A DNA stretch of 53,898 bases, the filler included, from Catajapyx aquilonaris (Eukaryota), in NCBI GenBank assembly GCA_000934665.2. It is 3 parts of 3 records of this genome, joined end to end, with 100 filler letters (N's around TTAATTAATTAA, not from the genome) between each part and the next. Parts side by side here need not be neighbours in the genome. Positions count along the whole stretch, not along the records: positions 36,036 to 53,898 come from JYFJ02006835.1; 2 more parts are not named here. The stretch is one strand, 5' to 3'. The notes under the pieces were generated by a model that worked only from the letters and a program-made list of their open reading frames with translations, was not told where the DNA came from and searched no databases. Of the stretch, positions 45,310-53,898 are shown in pieces. The translations under genes were made by a program, and so were the position numbers. How positions within the stretch are numbered: the stretch's first letter is position 1; every line of letters starts with the position of its first letter.

Positions 45310-48300
45310 ATATTATTATTATTATTATTGTTGTTGTTGTTGTTTTATTTTTATTATTTTTATTATTATTAAACTAGGTAAACGTTAGGATCCGAAGTTA
45401 ATTACAATTATTACATTTACAGTCAAAAATGGGCCTATACACAATACACATGTCCTGAATCCTGATGTCTTAGGCCCATTTCACCACTTTCCTTTCTAAA
45501 TTCGGTAAATTCAGCTCTATATGAAGTAGTTTAGCAACTCTGAAAACAGATCATAAATTTGTCAGTTGGAACTAATTATCCATATAGTCAGCTCTTGATA
45601 TAGTATATATTATTGTGTGATCCAAGTGCCCTTTTGGAACACAAATTGAACTCGCAGGACAATTAATTGTTGTGCTTGTGCCAATGGAATCAGGCATTGA
45701 ATGTATGCCATAAATAATTGCGACAAATAATGTGGTCAGTGACATACGTGATCCACATTATTGAACAGATTTTGGCGCACCCCCTAAGGTTGGACAACTG
45801 AACATTAATGACACAATGGGCAGTAAATTATAGTGTTAATGGTATTACATTTATTCGGGTGCTCAAGACTGCTAATTTTCAACCTTTGAAATACTGATTT
45901 GCACTTTCCAATAAATACTGTAGATCGGTCTACAAATTCCTCAAAAATTGTCAGTGCAAATAAATGGGTCATTATAATTGATTTATAAAATATGGTTTTC
46001 AGGATGATGTCCGGCGGTACAGCACATGATGTGGATGATGCAATACCTGCACTGAAAAACTTGGCAGAAATGCCTACTTGGATACGTATGACAGCTGCTA
46101 AACGCGACGCAATACGACAGATTCTACACAATGAAGACGTAGACAGAGCCAAGACAAGCATGCTGATGTCCCTGGCAAGTGACTAATGACGGGTCACTCG
46201 GCAACCAGCTTGGAATCGGAAAACATCTTATGTTACGAGTATACATAAAAAAAGACGGGCCACTAATACACTTGTCCCTTTGACCCCCTCTGTACATCAC
46301 AGAGGGCATCATACGCGCACAAAACTACGGTGGTAGGTGCATTTGGCGAACCAAAGACCACTGGTTATCACGACATCGATGGAAGCCACGGGTACGGCAT
46401 GGGAGTCGTGTCTTTGACCGCCTCTCCCTCCCTCTCGGCGAGGTGCCTCATTAACATACGATGTTTTCCTATTCAGCAGCGAGTGCGAGCCTCATGATGA
46501 CCTCTCTGAACCCCAGAGTCACCCTTGACGATCACCAATATGGGATGGTATTTATCTTGCGGCGAATGTTTATATGTTTGTATCATTATGACTGGTATGT
46601 ATACAACAGCAGCAGGATATTCAGCGGTACCGCATGTGTAGGCCTGCAACCTGCGGCATATGAATAGGCAACCTGCGTCAAACATAATTAAGCGTGCATG
46701 AGGTGTACAAAGTAATATTCATGAAGTAATAAACTAATTTGAAATAGGGCACAGCAGTTCCTTTTCTGATACTGGTGTTGGTTTCGTGACACCCAGCCGT
46801 ACAGTTTTGCATCCGTCACAAGAAAATAATTATGTCATCCCATTTTGGTGGATATTCAAGGGTCACTGTCGTAGGCCTATAGCCAACATTATACGAGATA
46901 GATAAGGGTCGTAGATCGGCTAGATGAGAAACAATTGTGTAAGTGCCAAATCATTTTCGATGTAATTCGTATAAGGTACAGTACATTATCCAATTCCGTC
47001 GTTCAATACATGTGAATGGCACGAACTTACTTATATGTACGCAAATATCAGAAAGGATTCCCGGCACAAAATTTTGGATCATCACAAAGTCATCATGGGG
47101 CCCACATTTCCAGGAACGCCAATAAAATATATACCGATAAAGTGGGATTCGCTGAAAACTTTTTATACATATTTAATCTTCTTTATTCCGGTTTTTACTT
47201 TTCGCTCATGCAACCGACCCAGATAGCGTCATAATATAATATTGCCAAATATTTTCAGATTATGTTAAACGTTAGCGATCAGTTCACCTACTGCGAGTGG
47301 ATGGGAAGTGAAGTTGATTGCCAGGATTTCCTGGAGCCCAGCATAACAGACATGGGCCACTGTCACTCTTTTAACTACAGGTTTGTAACGAACGACAACT
47401 TCTAATGATCAATGCTTAATGCGGTTGTTTGTGTTTGTGCATACGATGACAGGATTCGGAAGACAGACACAGATGAAATTTTACAGCCTTGGCATGTTAA
47501 TGGGGCCGGATCAGAAACAGGTCTAACAATGATGCTGCGAATCCATATCAATGACGCGTTAGCCCGATCGCACGCTTTTGATGGATTCCTGGTCAGCGAT
47601 ACATTTATGAGTAGGTGTATAAACCTAAACTATTAAATATTAATTCCAGGCACTGATACACCATCCTAGAGAGTTTCCCTTCATGTTGAATCATGCCATG
47701 ACACTGGAAGTTGGGCATGAATATTTTATGTCTGTCAAAGGTATCGAAACTGTGACTACAGAAGAGGCTAGGAAGTTGGACCCAGAAAAACGTTCCTGTT
47801 TTTTTGAGGACGAAAAGGATCTCAAGTATTTCAAGAAATATAACGTCATAAATTGCATTGCCGAATGCAAGACGGAATCCATCCAACGCCGTTGCGGTGC
47901 TGTCCCTTATTATATGCCGCAACCGTGTTAGTTGGCCTATGCCGTTTGTTATTTTGTTTGATGTACAGATGTAGTGATGAGTTGTAAACCGAAACAATAA
48001 CAGTTACTTATTTAACCATTTCAGTGATAGGAAACAAAACATTCTCGATGGAAACCATAGAATGTTGGGCTCAAAATTTCCGTAAGTACGAAATATTGCT
48101 AACTGTAAGCTCAGAACAAGATTATATGCATAACTGGTAGTATCCATGGATGACATCATGTGTCACCAGATAACAATTCACTTTCAATTTTAACTTATGA
48201 TATCAGTAATTTTTTTGTATTACGGTAGACTATATGTCTAATTGGTTTTAACTTACTGTAAAAGTGTAAAAGTTTTCCTCTAACTTATAGCCATATCTTT

Positions 48301-51300
48301 TTTGTGCAACTGACGATTCCGGATTTTTTATATTGTAGCGGAGAAAATGGGGGTGGATAAGGATGGGTTTGGGGACAGGATGGTACTGTACTGGATAGTT
48401 GGGATGGGATCAGCAGGCAAGGTGCCGGACCACAACGGGTTGGGGGCACTTTCCGGTCAATCACGACTATGAGGTTGTTCTTACAGTCATGTCCTTTAAT
48501 TTGTCCTCTGGGTGTAACAATAATAGCAAGGTTCGACAGCCATACACAACATTTCGGCCTACTTGATTCGGAATGACCCATATGCAGTATTTCGAGGAAT
48601 TTGGTATTTTGACTGCAACTGGCCCAAGGTCAAAAACAAAATCCCAGACAAAATGAATGCTCAATTATGAGTTACCAGTGACCTAAGCAACATGGAAATA
48701 GCGATTAATTTCCATGGACAAAAATCGTGTTGCATAATGTAATATTTGTGCTGTTCTCGCGAAAATTGCGAAAGTTGAAAGCTCTTGCGACAAATGAAGA
48801 TGAAGTACGAAAATTGTTTAAAAATTCACCAATGTTATACTTGTCCATACACAACTTTTGACACCCCGTGCGATTTAATCGGACAACGTTCGTTTTTTTC
48901 GCTCCACCCGAGTGTGTACAGCTGTGATTTATTTCAGCAAAATCCGAGATGGTCTAGCAACATTTAGGCCAGTCGTTTCCAACCGGGGGGTCGCGGGCAG
49001 GGTCGCGGGGGGTCGCAAGCCTTGGTTAAACTTTTTTTTTGCAATTTCTGTGTCAATTGAACCATTTTGCGGCCGTACAGAGTGTATGTTTTCTGGAAAG
49101 GGGGCAGTTGTAGGAGGGGCCGGGGAGGGAGNGGGGGGGGGTCGCACATTTATGGAAACATGTTTAGGGGGTTGCAGTTGCTAAAAGGTTGGAAACCACT
49201 GATTTAGGCCCACTTGCTTGGGAAAACCCCCTATATTTTTGACTCCCCCGAGGTCAAAAACAAATAGAAGACAAAATGAATGGTCATTATGAGTTACGAG
49301 TAGTAACCTAAGGAACATGTAAAAATCGATAAATTTCCATGGACAAATATCGTGTTGTATAGTGTTATCAAATAGTCCCCATCAGTCAGTTATGGACATT
49401 AGCAGGAGCTTTATGCACATATACATCACTTTTACAACTTTTTCGAGAATGTCCGACTTTCCCAGCCATTCTCTGAGCAAGGTTGAGATAATATTATCAT
49501 TAATAAGCACAGATAATTATACATCTTTAGACTTCACTTGTAGGCTACTTAAGATGGGGTTTTCCTCTCCAAACGAATTTGTAGATATGTAATAGTGATT
49601 AAAATGAAAACATGTAACTATTTTCAATGAAACAAAGTAGGCTAAATCATGATTACCGCGCATTACACCAGTCGGTCGGCTACCACAGGGTTTGCCATCA
49701 TTCGTGTTTTATATTGGCATGCCCCTCTACGCTCGAAGATATGGTATATGATGATTCACTCGTTTTGTGAAGCATCTCTGGATAATGTTGATATAACTGA
49801 CTGTGAGCTATATGCTGTGGTAATGATTCCTGCAATCATTAGTAGCAATACGCATTTTTGAAGATGCTGAAAATGTACGTAATCGGCCCACCAGGTACGT
49901 ACTACCTTTGTATGCCCTTACATACTGGAGAAATGTTTTGCAGTATTCAGTTTCCTCAAAAAAGTTGCAATTTAAACACTGACACACTATTTTTTTCGAC
50001 TGCAAATTTGGTTTTTCGTCAATATCGTAGATATTGTAAATTGTTTGTACCATAACATTCTCATTGAGTAAGGTATATCATAGCCCCTAAATACCCCTTT
50101 CCTACATTCAATCGCTCCACAAATATTTCCCAAACACAGTGTTGCCAAGTGGGTGATTCACCACGTACAATTTTTACGGGCTCTCACTAAATTAATATTC
50201 ATCACTTGAAGAAAAACGCCTATAGTGCCACTGAAAGACTGGATCTACCTCGTTTAGTATCACAACATGTGAACTAATTTACTTTTTCCTTTAACTATAT
50301 AGGAACATTTTCATCTATTGAACCTACAGATGAAGATTCAAAACATTTGGTAAACAAAAGCTTTGACTCCATGGAGTGTGAATGTCGTCCTGCTTGCAAT
50401 TCAGTGAAATATTATGCAGAAATGGCAGAGGCAGAAATCAACTGGGACACCGCAGCATTGTCAGTAAAATCGTACGTAAGCTTCATTTGGCCTTTCTGCG
50501 TCATAATGATCATACTAATTTTAATTACGTACTCATTAATATTGCAGTCGTGATGTCGTGTACATCCACATATACTTCAAAGATCTAACTTACGTCAAAT
50601 TTTTACGGGATTCTCGTTTCTCCTGGACAGATGCTATGGGTATGACTTGCACAGCACCAGTCTGCATGATCAGTTTCCCGATGAACTTTTGAGGTCTTCC
50701 ATAAAGGCGTTGCCAAAAGTGGAAAGATGTGTATCGGCCCCGACCACGGACTAGAATGGCCCCGACTGACCTTCGCGCTATTTTTTTTTTTTACTTTACT
50801 TCCTATCTCTCCCGCCCATTTCACAAGCAAGCGCATTATACAGGACGTGTGATATACTGTACAGTACAAGTAGATACAAGTTCTGGAAAAGTGTTGAAAT
50901 ACAGGGTACGAAAATTAAACTACCGTCGCTTTGGAAAATGATAGAGCGATTACTTTGAGTATTAGAAGACTTCGAGAGAAAAATGATCAAGGTCCATCTC
51001 AGGTGAAACTGAGATATTGCAATTTCAAAGACTCACCACAATTCTTGTGTACATCCCAACGTTGGTTTGAAAGTCCAAGAAAGTCATTATTGATGATACA
51101 TATACCATGGTGTACACTGTACATGCAACAATTATTAAAACCAATATTGGTGTCAGCACAGTAGGGCGGATCTCGAAAAACGTGAACGAAAATAATACTG
51201 ATCTCATGAACTAAACCATAATTTTTGTGTGAAATAGTTCTTCTGTACCAGGAGTTCTTAACCCCCAAGGGGTGCGGGATGAAGTTTCAGGGGTTGCGAC

Positions 51301-52993
51301 AAACAGAAGCTTGTGTATTCTTTTACATGTATGTGGTTCAATTTGTGATTAAAAATTAAATATTATCCTTCTTCATCTGATGCTAGGCCTATACTTCTGT
51401 AGGGGGTGCGAACATTAATGGAACATTACCTAGGGGTGCGGGACAGAGAAAAGGTGAAAAACCCTTGGTATAGACCAATGTTAAAATTGCTTTCATGTAT
51501 GTAATTAAGAATTTTAACAATATTACTAATAATGAACTTGGGACATTTTCCATGTTTCATTTTTTTTCTCTCTTATTGTGTTGTGAGTCGAGAACGGATT
51601 TCTAGGTTTTTACCCGTATTTTATTCTGTAGGCAGAACACCAGAACCAACAGAAATCCCTTTCATAACACAAGTACCTCAAAACAAGTTTTATAGAACCT
51701 TAAATGGCCTATGGGGGAATCGTAGGTTGAAGTGGCATACGTGCTGCCCGCTGAAAATTGAGGGTCAAGCCTGGAAAAAAGAGGGTCACACATGCCATGG
51801 GATGTATAGCCCTCTTTTTCCCCATTCCCCATTCCTCCGACAAATCGCCGGTTGCAAGTCACTGCTTAAAAGTAGCAGCTACGCGCAATTTCCCGATAAC
51901 TGTTCGAACAAAAAGGATGAGACACCCTGTATAATACATGATATGAACCTGAAGGTGACGCGGGTTGCCGGATGCGGATTTTTCTTACTTTATTCTGAAT
52001 GCATAATGCCCAATACTTTGGACATTAGCAATATTTGTCATACAGGATGATCCAACTACTTTATCGCCCCAACAGTTATTGGAAAAATCGCGTAAACTGC
52101 TACTTTTTAAGCTGCTAAGTGTTACTTTCTCGAGTGTCTGGAATAGCACCTGCTGATATTAGGTCCAATGCCCATGTATCAATATATTAATGACCTATTT
52201 ATTGACACAACCGGGTCTGCCCGGTTCGACGGATTAGCCCTCTGATTGGCAGTTAGTGACCTCATCTGAATTCCTCCAGCGAACACCAAAATGGGCCATT
52301 TTGAAGGCCAACATATGAATCAGTTTGGAGATGAGGAAATAAAAGAGATGATGACACCTTTCCATTTCAGGGTCGCAACAGTTCGCATCCGACCCCTCGC
52401 GATTGGCCCATTTGGCCAGTCACAACCCGGCAGACGACCTGTTTCCCACGGCCACGGGTGACCCTTTTTTCCCTCATTAACTGGTACATGGGCATTGGAC
52501 CTAATATCAGCAGGTGCTATTCCAAATACTCGCTAAAGTAACTCGTAGCTAGTAGCCGCTTACGCGATTTTTCCAATAACTGTTGGAGCGATAAAGTTGG
52601 ATCACCCTGTATAATTGAAGACATGATATGCAGACAAGAGTCGCACTTTCGTCAAAACTGAGTTAGGCATTGTTGAATGTAGTCGTACAAGGTCACTTTC
52701 TGATGGTCAAGTTCTATTTGTCATAAAGACCTCACAATCAGTTTAGAAATATCTAAAACAAATACTGTACATGGTACATCCCATATATTAGTCATTTGTG
52801 AATGATCGTTCTGAAATGCAAGTCTTCAATTTTATTAGTAACGTAACATGCCATTTTCTTGTGCATTCCAGCAAGCTTTGGTGGATTAGCAAGCGTCTTT
52901 CTTGGATTCAGTTTCGTCAACATTCTAGAGATTCTTTACTTCTTCTGCATTCGCCCAGTCTTGGAAATAACTCTGAGGAGGGCAAGGCATTGA
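42506..52993 (+). CDS. Pickpocket-like DEG/ENaC channel subunit 2; exons 42506-42615, 43233-43437, 45924-45949, 46003-46174, 47259-47380, 47453-47591, 47650-47926, 48025-48081, 50303-50471, 50548-50639, 52872-52993; about 496 aa
   Basis: DFCENTGLHG, PFPSVTICN, TDMGHCHSFN, GFL|ALIH, YNVINCIAEC, CECRPAC and TM2 ASFGGLASVFLGFSFVNILEILY. The exon sum of 1491 nt is a multiple of 3. The 277 and 92 nt exons have the same size and phase as in subunit 1. Confidence 0.88.
42860..43158 (-). mobile_element. Second SINE family with (AAAC)n tail, in intron 1 of ppk subunit 2
   Basis: Minus-strand B box GAGGTTCAAATCCC; (GTTT)n at 42860-42890 on the plus strand. Confidence 0.55.
44560..45372 (+). mobile_element. 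Decayed 3' end of a non-LTR retrotransposon with (ATT)n tail
   Basis: RLLANLR...YCSLCN....SLYHIMFEC is the C-terminal CCHC knuckle typical of LINE ORF2. AATAAA at about 45228 is followed by (ATT)n. Confidence 0.6.
48605..49365. repeat. Two diverged ~140 bp direct repeats (about 48605-48745 and 49235-49365)
   Basis: Shared AGGTCAAAAACAAA...GACAAAATGAATG...TTATGAGTTAC...ACCTAAG.AACATG...TTTCCATGGACAAA.ATCGTGTTG. Confidence 0.65.
48970..49201. mobile_element. hAT (Charlie-like) MITE with 8 bp TSD
   Basis: ATTTAGGC|CAGTCGTTTCCAACC...GGTTGGAAACCACTG|ATTTAGGC. Confidence 0.9.
51249..51467. mobile_element. Older hAT-like MITE
   Basis: CAGGAGTTCTTAACC...GGTGAAAAACCCTTG with internal GGGGTGCG motifs; TSD degenerate. 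Confidence 0.55.
52043..52609. mobile_element. Tc1/mariner-type MITE, ~140 bp arms, TA TSD
   Basis: TA|CAGGATGATCCAACT...AGTTGGATCACCCTG|TA; GAATAGCACCTGCTGATATTAGGTCCAATGCCCATGTA is mirrored at about 52484-52522. Confidence 0.85.
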
Positions 52994-53410
52994 AGCATAT
53001 GAAAATTGGTTAAATTGGCCTATTTATTTATTCATTTGCATATTTAGTTACTCAGCACTTTGAACTTGAAATATTTGTGTAATTCGATGAGCAATAAAAT
53101 TCAGAGTATTTTAAAACATAATGGTGTTAACATTGTTCTATAATTATTAAATCACATCTATTTACAGTTCCAATAATAAGACGAAATGTATTATTAAAAT
53201 AAGGCACATGTACAGTACCAAATGAGGCCATTATTTACTCCCGCCATCGCCATGTGGAAATAGCTCGCCCTATGATATATGTTGAAATATGTTGGAGAAG
53301 GTTAGCTCCATTTTGAAAAAATGTTGAATTTTTAAAAATGGCGCTAACCTTATCCAACATGCTTCAACTCTATCAACTGAAAAACATGGAGAGGTGTACT
53401 TTTTCCTGCA

Positions 53411-53788
53411 TGTTACATAATCGTATACCGTATTACCTCTCATATTGCGGCATGCCGGTGTAGCCGAGGTCGACCAGTTTTTATAAATGCACTATCAGGT
53501 GGCTATACCGGCATGCATGTCTAAGCGAGGTATGCCGGTATAAGGCGAGGTCTTCACATAAGTTACGTTATCCTTTCTGAACTTGACATTTGCCTGAAAA
53601 TCGAAATTCACGTAAAGGCTATCGACACGGCACATTTTCCAAATAGGGTACCCGTACGATATACGTATTGTTTTTGTAGTGTGTTGTATGAGTACAAGGT
53701 TGGAAATAAAGGGGGACTCCAGACAAGATGGCTGACCGAGTTGGACGTGTTTCACTAGGGGGGCTAAGTAAAAGACCCGAATAAAACA
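53411..53788 (+). mobile_element. 5' LTR (~378 bp) of an LTR retrotransposon that continues beyond the window
   Basis: TGTT...AACA termini and AATAAA at 53705, immediately followed by a tRNA primer-binding site. The left boundary is less certain than the right. Confidence 0.8.
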
Positions 53789-53806
53789 TGGTGGCAGCGG
53801 TGGGAT
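53789..53806 (+). promoter_or_regulatory. Primer-binding site complementary to the tRNA-Leu 3' end
   Basis: TGGTGGCAGCGGTGGGAT is the reverse complement of ...AUCCCACCGCUGCCACCA, the 3' end of eukaryotic tRNA-Leu (AAG/TAG type). Confidence 0.85.
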
Positions 53807-53898
53807 CCTGGATACTGACTGGCCAGCATCAGGAGACACCCCAGAACGAGTAACGAGTCGAAGTGAGCTGCAAAGAGGGCCAAGGCGGAACTCAGAAG

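Noticed and set aside
1..53898. A single IR+GR+ppk chemosensory super-cluster
   Set aside because: The three segments are separated by artificial linkers, so physical linkage is unsupported.

Overview
Arthropod (insect-like) genomic DNA made of three segments of about 17.9 kb (1-17892, 17993-35935, 36036-53898). They are joined by two identical 100-nt spacers (N-run, TTAATTAATTAA, N-run), so adjacency across the spacers cannot be trusted. Segment 1 holds a 5'-truncated divergent ionotropic receptor (IR) behind an LTR-like end, a complete 3-exon gustatory receptor, a decayed duplicate of the IR, a solo LTR and a fossil hAT transposase. It also holds an intact 1513-codon Mutator (MULE) transposase reading frame with zinc fingers, a DDE core, a SWIM finger and a Ulp1/SENP-like protease. 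Most notably, this reading frame starts at a splice acceptor whose phase matches the donor of an upstream SGNH/GDSL-hydrolase exon, predicting an SGNH-ZnF-MULE-SWIM-Ulp1 fusion of more than 1670 aa. Segment 2 holds a two-exon Pro-rich uncharacterised gene, two tandem intronless divergent IRs separated by about 230 bp containing a near-perfect hairpin, and dense nested MITEs and SINEs. Segment 3 holds two tandem pickpocket (DEG/ENaC) genes, which show three inferred GC-AG introns, a GFT selectivity filter in one and a co-lost disulfide in the other, followed by a 5' LTR with a tRNA-Leu primer-binding site. All gene models were built by eye and no database searches were run.
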